DNA from: Paludibacter sp. | GTDB taxonomy: Bacteria; Bacteroidota; Bacteroidia; Bacteroidales; Paludibacteraceae | Reading direction: 5' to 3' | DNA: 64,000 bases | Assembly: GCA_024710005.1 (NCBI GenBank) | Contig: JANJVQ010000018.1 | Span: forward strand, 82,764 to 146,763 | Part shown: piece by piece, positions 55,360 to 64,000 of the stretch | How positions within the stretch are numbered: position 1 is the stretch's first letter | Layout: the number at the start of each line of letters is the position of its first letter | Position numbers and translations under genes: made by a program | The notes under the pieces: generated by a model | Seen by the model: only the letters and a program-made list of their open reading frames with translations | Told to the model about the DNA's origin: nothing | Databases searched by the model: none

Positions 55360-57450
55360 AAACAAGACCTTCGCTTTCAAGAAGATATTTCTGCCCGGTT
55401 CCAAACGATTAACGCCCCTGAGCGACGACAGATGCTCTTCATAAGCCAGATTCATAATATTGTGTATTCCACCCATAAATTGAACCTGAATCAAGCCCAT
55501 CTTTCGGGGTGTGGTATGAAATCCGGCATTGAAAATGGCATGGCGATGGGCTTCCTGGTTTTCTCCATGTTCCTCTTCCGACTCATATTCCCAATCCATT
55601 TCGGCATAAGCACCGATTTTATCATGAAAATGATAATGCAATTTCACAATTCCATGCAATGCGGGGATAAAGAGCAAATGCTCTTTTGTTTTTGCATCAA
55701 CTGCATACACATACGAAGCATGCGTTTCAAATTCAAGTTCGTGTGAAATCAACCATTTTAAATCAAATTCGCCACCCAAATACAGAGCCCGGTCGACATT
55801 CGTGCTGATTAAAGCATCTGTTCCTGAGTAGGTTCCTTTCTTTTCAGTAATCAAATCAAAAAGATAATTGGCAAAAACATCTGTATTGAACAATAATTTC
55901 TTTCCCGTATACGCATAGCTCAGGTTGGAGAACAATCCCTTTTCCGGTTTTAAATTCGGATTGCCAACCAGCGGCATACCCAACTGATCTATGTATTTGA
56001 ATCTTTCTTCAATCGATGCTACCCGGTATGCATTAGCAACAGAAAAAATAAGTTTATGGCGTTCAGCTGGTTTAAATGCAACATCAATGTGCGCCGAATA
56101 AGCCAGTTCGTTTTTAGTTCCTTCTTGGAACAACACTGTTTTGTTTGCAGGCATTTCTGTCCTGACACCATTCACGTACTTGTGTTTGGAGATCTCCCTG
56201 AACGCTGTATCATTGGCAGTTCTGATAAAATCGAGTCTCAATCCGGTATTGATGGTCCAGTATTTCGGGTCCACCACCCATTTATGTTGAGCAAAAACTC
56301 CGATATCAAACATGTTAGCCTTTGGGGTGGGCTGCTCCCGGATCACAATGGTATCGGAAGCTGTCGAGATTTTCATTCTGGAGGTTTGCTGATCGCGGTT
56401 CCATCCTTCAACCCCAACGGTCATGGTCTCATAGTCATTAAAATACAAATCCGCGGTAGCTTTTAATCCGGAAGTAACATTGTAACTACCCGGAAATACG
56501 GCAGTAGTAGGATTAGCAATATTTTCCACCTCTCTTTTGATATTTTGCGTATATGCTTTGATGCTCAACATCTTCAACACATGCGATAAATCCCTGAAAA
56601 CATATTCTCCGTTCAATTGATTTCGTGCAAAACCTAAATAACGCACCGTAGCATTGGGAGAAAAAACACTTCCTCCGGGTAATCCGACGTTCCAGGCCTC
56701 AAAATGATTGTAGTTAACCAGCAACTCCTGATTATCGCCATTCCTCATTCCTCCTTTCAACCCCCAGGAGGCATCATTAAACTGGCTATTGGGCAGCTTC
56801 CCTTGCGGAGTCATGGTGTTTTGCGCCATACGGTAACTTCCGTCTAATGCCAGATACCAGTCCTGGTTAGTCATGTTGACATTGAGATTATTTTCCCATA
56901 AACTATTTACAGTATGAAATCCGGTTGAAAAATGACCGGTGGTCTTAAACCTCTCTGTGTAACCGGGACGTTTTGTAATAAAATTAACCACACCCCCCAT
57001 GGCTCCTGTACCATATATAACAGAACCGGCACCCTTAATCACTTCAATTTTATCCAGATTTCCCATATCGACAGTCGACAACACACCGGCAATATCCGAT
57101 GCCGTTTGCATCCGGTCACCATCAGTCAGAAAAAGTAATTTTGATTCTGAAAAACCACGGATATTCACTGAAGTTGCCCAAATTGCATCGCGACTCAGCG
57201 CTACCCCCGGCACATGATGCAAAGCATTAGCCGGTGTTATAAAACCATGGTTAACAGCTTCTTCCCCCTGAATCATTTGATAAGGAAAATTCAACTTGTT
57301 GGCCAGTATACCCTGCACGGTTATTTCAGATATCTGTTTATGGGTAAGTGAATCTGCAATTTCATGATCGTGATCATGATTATGATGTTGCGCGAATACA
57401 ACAAAAGGTAGCATCAGAACTACCACAATCGAAAATATTATCTTAAACAT
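55357..57450 (-). CDS. TonB-dependent receptor with His-rich N-terminus (metal/cofactor uptake-like)
   Basis: Plug motifs NIRGFS, IEVIKGAGSVIYGTGAMGGVVNFIT; GNPNLKPE; PGRNIFLKAKVLF; HHNHDHDHE after the signal peptide; TATTTTTG box at 57485-57492 (-). Confidence 0.88.
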   Translation of the reverse strand: MFKIIFSIVVVLMLPFVVFAQHHNHDHDHEIADSLTHKQISEITVQGILANKLNFPYQMIQGEEAVNHGFITPANALHHVPGVALSRDAIWATSVNIRGFSESKLLFLTDGDRMQTASDIAGVLSTVDMGNLDKIEVIKGAGSVIYGTGAMGGVVNFITKRPGYTERFKTTGHFSTGFHTVNSLWENNLNVNMTNQDWYLALDGSYRMAQNTMTPQGKLPNSQFNDASWGLKGGMRNGDNQELLVNYNHFEAWNVGLPGGSVFSPNATVRYLGFARNQLNGEYVFRDLSHVLKMLSIKAYTQNIKREVENIANPTTAVFPGSYNVTSGLKATADLYFNDYETMTVGVEGWNRDQQTSRMKISTASDTIVIREQPTPKANMFDIGVFAQHKWVVDPKYWTINTGLRLDFIRTANDTAFREISKHKYVNGVRTEMPANKTVLFQEGTKNELAYSAHIDVAFKPAERHKLIFSVANAYRVASIEERFKYIDQLGMPLVGNPNLKPEKGLFSNLSYAYTGKKLLFNTDVFANYLFDLITEKKGTYSGTDALISTNVDRALYLGGEFDLKWLISHELEFETHASYVYAVDAKTKEHLLFIPALHGIVKLHYHFHDKIGAYAEMDWEYESEEEHGENQEAHRHAIFNAGFHTTPRKMGLIQVQFMGGIHNIMNLAYEEHLSSLRGVNRLEPGRNIFLKAKVLF

Positions 57451-57642
57451 TCGGTCTGTTTTTTGTAAGTAATTTCAAAACATGCAAAAATACAAAAAAG
57501 TTGTCACAAACTGTGTTTTACTCTGGCGAGGCAACTTTCAAAATGGCATGCATTTACTTATAGAACAACTGTATAAATATTGTAATAAATAAAATTATTG
57601 TATTATCTTTGTTCGCCTTTTCACGTAAAAAGACAATTCAGG

Positions 57643-59301
57643 ATGAGATTTATTGTAACATTATTAATATTCATATTCTCGGCCTCCTTTCGTGTTTTTT
57701 CCTGCACAAATTTAATTGCGGGAAAACTGGCGACTGTCGATGGCTCCACGATGATTACCTACGCAGCTGATTCCTACGGGTTATTTGGTTCGTTGTATCA
57801 TTACCCGGCACGCACCTATCCTCCGGGTACCATGCTCGACATCTATGAATGGGACACCGGAAAATATCTTGGACAGATAAAACAGGTTGAAAAAACACTC
57901 GCCGTCATCGGCAACATGAATGAGAATCAGGTTTCGATTGCTGAAACAACTTTCGGAGGCAGGGAAGAATTAAGAGATACCACCGGCATTATAGATTACG
58001 GTAGCCTGATGTACATTGCACTGCAACGTTCCCGTTCTGCACGCGAAGCCATCCGCATCATGACCTCACTGGTTGAGGAATACGGCTATTACAGTTCCGG
58101 CGAATCATTTACAATTGCTGATCCAAACGAAGTCTGGATCATGGAAATGATAGGCAAAGGGCCTAAAAACAAAGGCGCTGTCTGGGTTGCACAACGTATT
58201 CCTGACGATTGCATTGCAGCCCATGCCAATCAGGCCCGCATCACCACCTTCCCTTTCGACGACAGGAACAATTGCCTTTATTCAGTTGATGTCATAGCTT
58301 TTGCCCGCGAACAGGGTTATTTTAAAGGCAAAAATAAAGATTTCAGCTTTTCCGACACCTATGCTCCACTGGATTACGGTGCATTGAGAGCCTGTGAGGC
58401 CAGGGTGTGGAGTTTCTTCCGACAGGTAAATCCGGAGATGGAAAAATACATCACTTATATCAAAGGAGAGACCGTGGAACGTATGCCCCTTTGGATTAAA
58501 CCAGCCAAAAAACTGAGCGTTCAGGATATGAAAAGCTTCATGCGGGATCAGTACGAAGGTACCGAGCTTGATATCACTAAAGGATTTGGTGCCGGACAAT
58601 ACGGAAGTAAATTGCGCTTGAGTCCCCTGAGTTTCAAAGTCGACGGAGTTGAATACTATCACGAACGTCCGATTGCCACCCAACAAACCGGCTTTTCTTT
58701 TGTCGCCCAGATGCGCAACTGGCTACCTCCTTATGTTGGAGGCATCCTCTGGTTTGGAGTCGATGATGCTGCCTCGTCGGTATATGTACCCATGTATTGC
58801 GGCATCAACAGTGTACCGGAATGCTTTAGCGAACAAAACGGTAGTCTGCTGGAATACTCTTCCACGGCAGCTTTCTGGGTTTTCAACCAGGTATCAAATT
58901 TTGCTTACCCAAGGTATTCACTCGTCATGCCCGATATAAAAAAGGTACAACAGCACTGGGAAACAAACTTCCATACCATGATCCCGAGCATCGACAAAAC
59001 GGTAATGGGTTTACCGGAAGAAAATGCACGGGAATTTCTAACGACATTCAGTCATACACAGGCTACAAACGCTACAGCCGCGTGGAAGAAACTGGGAGAA
59101 TTCCTGCTGGTTAAGTATCTCGATGGTGTAATTAAAAAAGAAGAAAACGGTAAATTCCTTCAAAACGATAAAAAGATTCCTGCAGAAATAATTCGTCCGG
59201 GCTATCCGGAAGAATACCTGAGACAACTGATAAAGGAAACTCCGGGTATGAAAGCCAAAATGCAGGAAGAACTGAATAGCCGCAAGTCAATGCAACAATA
59301 A
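57643..59301 (+). CDS. Peptidase C69 family dipeptidase
   Basis: Mature N-terminal nucleophile [33 protein letters not shown]; start moved to MRFIVT; TATCTTTG box at 57604-57611. Confidence 0.9.
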   Translation: MRFIVTLLIFIFSASFRVFSCTNLIAGKLATVDGSTMITYAADSYGLFGSLYHYPARTYPPGTMLDIYEWDTGKYLGQIKQVEKTLAVIGNMNENQVSIAETTFGGREELRDTTGIIDYGSLMYIALQRSRSAREAIRIMTSLVEEYGYYSSGESFTIADPNEVWIMEMIGKGPKNKGAVWVAQRIPDDCIAAHANQARITTFPFDDRNNCLYSVDVIAFAREQGYFKGKNKDFSFSDTYAPLDYGALRACEARVWSFFRQVNPEMEKYITYIKGETVERMPLWIKPAKKLSVQDMKSFMRDQYEGTELDITKGFGAGQYGSKLRLSPLSFKVDGVEYYHERPIATQQTGFSFVAQMRNWLPPYVGGILWFGVDDAASSVYVPMYCGINSVPECFSEQNGSLLEYSSTAAFWVFNQVSNFAYPRYSLVMPDIKKVQQHWETNFHTMIPSIDKTVMGLPEENAREFLTTFSHTQATNATAAWKKLGEFLLVKYLDGVIKKEENGKFLQNDKKIPAEIIRPGYPEEYLRQLIKETPGMKAKMQEELNSRKSMQQ

Positions 59302-59338
59302 ATATTTTTTGTACCTTTGTGGCAAATTTCAGAATTAT

Positions 59339-60859
59339 ATGCTTGAAAAAATAATCATCCTCGACTTTGGTTCACAAACCACCCAGCTTATCGGCAGAAG
59401 ATTACGCGAGTTAAAAGAGTACTGTGAAATCGTACCTTACAATAAATTTCCGGAAAAAACCGACGACATCCGGGGAGTTATTCTTTCCGGAAGCCCATTT
59501 TCCGTTTACGACCCGACTGCATTTACAACAGTTCTTTCCAACATCAGAGGTAAATTTCCGGTATTGGGAATTTGTTATGGAGCACAGCTGATGGCACATC
59601 AGGAAGGTGGTAAGGTAGAAGCTGCAGGCTCACGCGAATACGGTCGCGCCAATTTATCGTACATAGCAGATGGAGACGAACTTTTCAAAGGCATATCTGC
59701 CGGATCTCAAATCTGGATGTCGCACGGCGACAGCATCACACAACTTCCTGAAAAATTCAGGAAAGCAGCCAGCACTGAAGATGTAGAACTGGCAGCGTAT
59801 AAAATTGAAGGCGAAAGAACCTGGGGTGTTCAGTTTCATCCGGAAGTATTCCACACACTTGACGGTATGTTGTTATTGGAGAATTTCCTGAATATCTGCG
59901 GATGTAAGCGCGACTGGTCACCGGCCTCATTTATTGAAACAACTGTCAGCGAGCTAAAAGCTCAACTTGGCAACGACAAGGTTGTACTCGGACTTTCAGG
60001 CGGTGTTGATTCATCAGTTGCAGCGGTTTTACTTAACAAGGCGATAGGCAAAAATCTGACCTGCATCTTTGTTGACCACGGACTACTCAGGAAAAATGAA
60101 TTTGATACTGTATTGAAAGATTATGAGCATCTGGGACTGAATGTAATAGGAGTTGATACACGGGATTATTTCTACGGATTACTAAAAGGAGTCTCTGAAC
60201 CTGAAAAGAAACGCAAAATCATCGGCTCAGCTTTCATTGACGTATTCGACAAAGAAGCGCACAAAATAAAGGATGTAAAATGGCTTGCCCAGGGAACTAT
60301 TTATCCCGATATCATAGAATCACTTTCAATCACAGGTACAACCATCAAATCGCATCACAACGTGGGAGGGTTACCCGAGAAAATGAATTTGAAACTGTGC
60401 GAACCTTTACGTTTATTATTTAAAGATGAAGTGAGAAAGGTTGGGACTGAGCTTGGCATGATGAGCCACCTCATTAAACGGCATCCGTTTCCGGGTCCCG
60501 GACTGGCAGTACGCATATTAGGAGATATAACTCCCGAGAAGGTAAGAATTTTACAGGATGCCGATGATATCTTCATCAACGGACTCAGAGAATGGAATCT
60601 GTATGACAAAGTCTGGCAGGCCGGAGTAATCCTGTTACCGGTACAATCGGTAGGTGTTATGGGCGATGAACGTACGTATGAGAATGCGGTCGCATTACGC
60701 GCGGTAACTTCAACCGATGCCATGACGGCCGACTGGGCGCAGTTGCCGTATGAATTTCTGGCAAAAGTTTCGAATGACATCATCAACAAAGTAAAAGGAG
60801 TAAACCGGGTGGTTTACGACATCAGCTCAAAGCCACCTGCAACCATCGAATGGGAATAA
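59339..60859 (+). CDS. guaA: GMP synthase (glutamine-hydrolysing)
   Basis: [47 protein letters not shown]; start at MLEKII; TACCTTTG box at 59312-59319. Confidence 0.98.
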   Translation: MLEKIIILDFGSQTTQLIGRRLRELKEYCEIVPYNKFPEKTDDIRGVILSGSPFSVYDPTAFTTVLSNIRGKFPVLGICYGAQLMAHQEGGKVEAAGSREYGRANLSYIADGDELFKGISAGSQIWMSHGDSITQLPEKFRKAASTEDVELAAYKIEGERTWGVQFHPEVFHTLDGMLLLENFLNICGCKRDWSPASFIETTVSELKAQLGNDKVVLGLSGGVDSSVAAVLLNKAIGKNLTCIFVDHGLLRKNEFDTVLKDYEHLGLNVIGVDTRDYFYGLLKGVSEPEKKRKIIGSAFIDVFDKEAHKIKDVKWLAQGTIYPDIIESLSITGTTIKSHHNVGGLPEKMNLKLCEPLRLLFKDEVRKVGTELGMMSHLIKRHPFPGPGLAVRILGDITPEKVRILQDADDIFINGLREWNLYDKVWQAGVILLPVQSVGVMGDERTYENAVALRAVTSTDAMTADWAQLPYEFLAKVSNDIINKVKGVNRVVYDISSKPPATIEWE

Positions 60860-60862
60860 GTC

Positions 60863-61636
60863 ATGATCGACACGCATGCACATTTATATGCTGAAGAATT
60901 TGATTCGGACAGAGATGCAGTAATCGAAAGAGCTAAGGCTGCCGGAGTGACGAATATTATTTTACCGAATATCGACAGCAGTTCACTGGATGCCATGCTT
61001 AAACTTGAAGAAAAACATCCCGGGTTTTGTCATGCTGCAATAGGATTACATCCAACCAGCGTAAATGCTGATTATCAGAGAGAATTAAACCTGATTGAAT
61101 CTGAATTAAAGCGCAGGCCATACCTTGCCATTGGCGAAATCGGCATCGATTTGTATTGGGATAAAACCTATGCCAAAGAACAAATACTGGCATTTCAGCA
61201 ACAACTAAAATGGGCATTGGCATACAATAAACCGGTCATTATCCACGTTAGAAATTCATTCAGGGAAACCATGCATGCTATGGAACCTTTCAGAAACAGA
61301 GGTTTAAGGGGAGTATTCCATAGTTTTGGCGGAACAATAGAAGAAGCAACAGAGATCATTGAGTTTGGCGGGTTTCTGCTCGGAATAAACGGCATTCTTA
61401 CGTTTAAAAATTCAATGCTCGGAGATGTTCTAAAACAAATTGAGTTAAGACATATCGTACTTGAAACAGATGCGCCATACCTCACGCCCGTACCATATCG
61501 GGGCAAAAGGAACGAAAGCGCTTTTCTGTCATACACAGCACAAAAGATAGCCTTATTACAGGCAATACCCTATGAAGCTGTCGTTAAACAAACTACGAAA
61601 AACGCATTAAACCTTTTCAAACTAAGTTCAAAATAA
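60863..61636 (+). CDS. tatD: TatD family deoxyribonuclease
   Basis: IDTHAH, GLHP, IGEIGID, IIHVR, FHSF, LETDAPY. Confidence 0.94.
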   Translation: MIDTHAHLYAEEFDSDRDAVIERAKAAGVTNIILPNIDSSSLDAMLKLEEKHPGFCHAAIGLHPTSVNADYQRELNLIESELKRRPYLAIGEIGIDLYWDKTYAKEQILAFQQQLKWALAYNKPVIIHVRNSFRETMHAMEPFRNRGLRGVFHSFGGTIEEATEIIEFGGFLLGINGILTFKNSMLGDVLKQIELRHIVLETDAPYLTPVPYRGKRNESAFLSYTAQKIALLQAIPYEAVVKQTTKNALNLFKLSSK

Positions 61637-61738
61637 TCATTATCCGTTTTGTTTACTTAAAAAAACATTTTTTGACTTACAAAATAATTTATTTTTATTT
61701 GTATGTCATAAATTTTTGCTAACTTGCGCCGCTAATTC

Positions 61739-61828
61739 GGAGAGGTGCTCGAGTGGTTGAAGAGGTACGCCTGGAAAGCGTATATACGGTGTGGAATCGT
61801 ATCGAGAGTTCGAATCTCTTCCTCTCCG
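61739..61828 (+). tRNA. tRNA-Ser(GGA)
   Basis: GGAGAGG/CCTCTCC acceptor, TACGC-CTGGAAA-GCGTA anticodon arm, long variable arm, GAGAG-TTCGAAT-CTCTT T arm. Confidence 0.96.
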
Positions 61829-61893
61829 CAAACAGATAAAAACGAGATAAATAAACACAAAATAAAAATTCAAAAACTCAAAAAAAAAGTAAA

Positions 61894-62676
61894 ATGAAAA
61901 AGGTATTTGCAACTTTCTCAATCGTGGCACTTTTCACTTTTGGCATTACATTAAATGTGATTGCACAGGATTCTATTCAGGCTGAAGGAGGTGACACCAC
62001 CGTAAGCGAAGTAGTGGAAACAACAGCTCCGGCCGTTGTAGAAGAACAAGGAATGCATAAAGCATTAAAACAAAAATTCATCGAAGGTGATGCTATGTGG
62101 ATGGCTCCGGTAGCATTTGCATTGATTTTAGGTTTGGCTTTAAGTATTGAAAGAATTATTTATTTAAGCTTATCATCAACCAACACTAAAAAGCTGTTAA
62201 CCAGCATCGATGAAGCTTGGGAAAAAGGTGGTGTAGAAGCCGCAATGGAAGTATGCCGCAACACGCGTGGTCCTGTAGCATCTATTTTCTACCAGGGACT
62301 TTCCCGCTATGATGAAGGTATTGAAGTAGTTGAAAAATCAGTTGCCTCTTATGGTGGTGTTCAGTTAGGTCTGCTTGAGAAGAACCTTACCTGGATTTCA
62401 TTGTTCATCGCGTTGGCTCCATCTCTCGGGTTCCTCGGAACAGTAATCGGGATGATTCAGGCCTTCGACAAAATCCAACAGGTAGGTGATATTTCTGCAA
62501 CCGTTGTTGCTGGTGGTATCAAAGTGGCTCTTTTAACAACTGTATTTGGTTTGATCGTTGCAATGATTCTGCAGGTATTCTACAACTATATTCTTACAAT
62601 CATTGAAAGTCTTACCAATGATATGGAAGATTCATCGATTTCATTGTTGGATATCATTGTAAAACATTCTAAATAA
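61894..62676 (+). CDS. exbB: MotA/TolQ/ExbB proton channel protein
   Basis: APSLGFLGTVIGMI, GGIKVALLTTVFGL. Confidence 0.93.
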   Translation: MKKVFATFSIVALFTFGITLNVIAQDSIQAEGGDTTVSEVVETTAPAVVEEQGMHKALKQKFIEGDAMWMAPVAFALILGLALSIERIIYLSLSSTNTKKLLTSIDEAWEKGGVEAAMEVCRNTRGPVASIFYQGLSRYDEGIEVVEKSVASYGGVQLGLLEKNLTWISLFIALAPSLGFLGTVIGMIQAFDKIQQVGDISATVVAGGIKVALLTTVFGLIVAMILQVFYNYILTIIESLTNDMEDSSISLLDIIVKHSK

Positions 62677-62685
62677 GAAGCAACT

Positions 62686-63159
62686 ATGTTTAAAACAATC
62701 AAAATATCAGGCCTGATACTGGTACTTGTTTCATTCCTTTTACTCATTGCATTTTATGCAACAATGGGACAGGGAAGTGAATCAATTGCAAGTGCTGCAG
62801 GCGAGGCCATTCATGTGCCTCTATTAACAGACACAATTATTTACTGGTTATATATTTTATTCGGAATTGCTATCGTAGTTACAATTTCCATGGCGCTGAT
62901 TCAGTTTATTAAATCACTGATAAGCACTCCTGGTGCTGCACTAAAATCATTAATTCCGATCATAATTTTTGCAGGTATATTTGTAGTTTCGTATTTTCTT
63001 GGTAGTGGTGAAAAGATGAACATAATTGGATATGAAGGCACACAAAACGAGGGAGTTTGGGCACAAATTTCTGACATGTTTATGTATACCATCTATACTC
63101 TGTTCGTGGTCATCATCCTGACTATTTTTGGTTCCAGGATTTATACCAGTCTAAAGTAA
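62686..63159 (+). CDS. Conserved inner-membrane protein of the exbB-exbD operon
   Basis: Four hydrophobic segments; sits between exbB and exbD. Confidence 0.75.
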   Translation: MFKTIKISGLILVLVSFLLLIAFYATMGQGSESIASAAGEAIHVPLLTDTIIYWLYILFGIAIVVTISMALIQFIKSLISTPGAALKSLIPIIIFAGIFVVSYFLGSGEKMNIIGYEGTQNEGVWAQISDMFMYTIYTLFVVIILTIFGSRIYTSLK

Positions 63160-63192
63160 TTATCAAACGTACACCTAATTATTACAAAAATA

Positions 63193-63774
63193 ATGGCTAG
63201 AAAATTAAATGAAATAAATGCGAGCTCGATGGCCGACATCTCGTTCCTGCTTTTAATTTTCTTCCTTGTAACAACATCGATGAATGTCAGCACAGGGTTG
63301 ACAAGGCGTCTTCCGCCACCGTTACCCCCTGACCAAAAACCACAGGATATTGACATTAAAAAGAGAAATATCTTCGTTGTTAAAATCAATAGTTTGAACC
63401 AGTTATTGGTACAAGGTGAGGAAATGAACATCCGGGACCTGAAAGAGAAGGCAAAGGAGTTCGTGAAAAATGAAGCGAACGACATGCACCTGCCTGAGAA
63501 ATTCACCAAAGAATTTGAAACTCTCGGCGTGGTTGAATATACACGTGATCACGTAATTTCTGTACAGAATGACGTTGACACTCAATATCAGGCATATATC
63601 GACGTTCAGAATGAATTGGTTGCTGCTTACAATGAATTGCGTAATGAACTGTCGCAACTCAAATTCGGAAAAAAGTTTGACGAATTAAATGAATTGCAGC
63701 AAAAAGATGTTCAAGCGGTTTATCCTCAGAAAATATCAGAGGCCGAACCTAAAAATTATGGAGGATCCAACTAA
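63193..63774 (+). CDS. exbD: Biopolymer transporter ExbD
   Basis: EINASSMADISFLLLIFFLVTT. Confidence 0.92.
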   Translation: MARKLNEINASSMADISFLLLIFFLVTTSMNVSTGLTRRLPPPLPPDQKPQDIDIKKRNIFVVKINSLNQLLVQGEEMNIRDLKEKAKEFVKNEANDMHLPEKFTKEFETLGVVEYTRDHVISVQNDVDTQYQAYIDVQNELVAAYNELRNELSQLKFGKKFDELNELQQKDVQAVYPQKISEAEPKNYGGSN

Positions 63775-64000
63775 TGGCAGTAATAAGAAAAGGAGAAAAA
63801 AGGGGAACACCTGCGCTTAGCACATCGTCCCTACCCGACATTATCTTTATGTTATTGTTCTTCTTCATGGCTGTTACAACCATGAAAGAGGTAACTTATA
63901 AAGTCCGGGTATCACCACCTTCTGCAACGGAACTTCAGAAACTTGAAAACAAATCACTTGTTCGCTACATCTATGTAGGTGAACCGACAAGAGAATTCAG
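63774..64000 (+). CDS. exbD: Second ExbD, truncated by the window end
   Basis: TAATG overlap; MAVIRKGEKRGTPALSTSSLPDIIFMLLFFFMAVTTMKE... open to 64000. Not in the ORF track. Confidence 0.88.
   Translation, partial: MAVIRKGEKRGTPALSTSSLPDIIFMLLFFFMAVTTMKEVTYKVRVSPPSATELQKLENKSLVRYIYVGEPTREF

Noticed and set aside
55303-55746. 147-aa plus-strand ORF with an RYSL repeat
   Set aside because: The repeat is just the TTCGCTA heptamer array, and the ORF is antisense to the TonB receptor.
38966-59339. Extended N-termini in the ORF track for ychF, cvrA, purN, acpP, GNAT, the dipeptidase and guaA
   Set aside because: The extensions run through or upstream of TAnnTTTG-type promoter boxes or precede the conserved N-terminus; downstream ATGs were used.

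Overview
64-kb window from a Bacteroidota (Bacteroidales-like) chromosome, judged from TAnnTTTG -7 promoter boxes, a SusC/SusD pair, type IX secretion (T9SS) C-terminal domains and an acpP-fabF-rnc operon. Bases 1-36.2 kb are one large minus-strand polysaccharide utilisation locus (PUL) that continues past the left edge. It holds SusC, SusD, DUF4973/DUF1735-like and IPT/TIG-NHL surface lipoproteins, a membrane-spanning regulator, three GH2 modules, two GH43, one GH76, three 'glutaminase A-like' (DUF4965/DUF5127/DUF1793-type) paralogues and two large T9SS proteins sharing an unusual nested domain. Bases 36.6-64 kb are ordinary housekeeping genes (acyl-CoA synthetase, ychF, purN, acpP, fabF, rnc, topA, M16 peptidase, ogt, a TonB receptor, C69 dipeptidase, guaA, tatD, exbB/exbD) plus tRNA-Arg(ACG), tRNA-Phe(GAA) and tRNA-Ser(GGA). 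No CRISPR array, integrase or transposase was seen. Highlights: (i) a 1770-aa T9SS cargo whose GH2 module lacks both catalytic glutamates; (ii) a 1017-aa secreted paralogue with no recognisable catalytic domain, built as a split beta-sandwich with CBM-like domains inserted; (iii) three DUF4965 paralogues sorted to different compartments, probably glycosidases rather than glutaminases; (iv) a 12-bp-period operator-like repeat upstream of two PUL units; (v) a duplicated 3' hairpin with a compensatory base-pair change; (vi) CATATAAG-based inverted-repeat elements. Family assignments come from motif recognition by eye, not database searches; internal domain coordinates are approximate.
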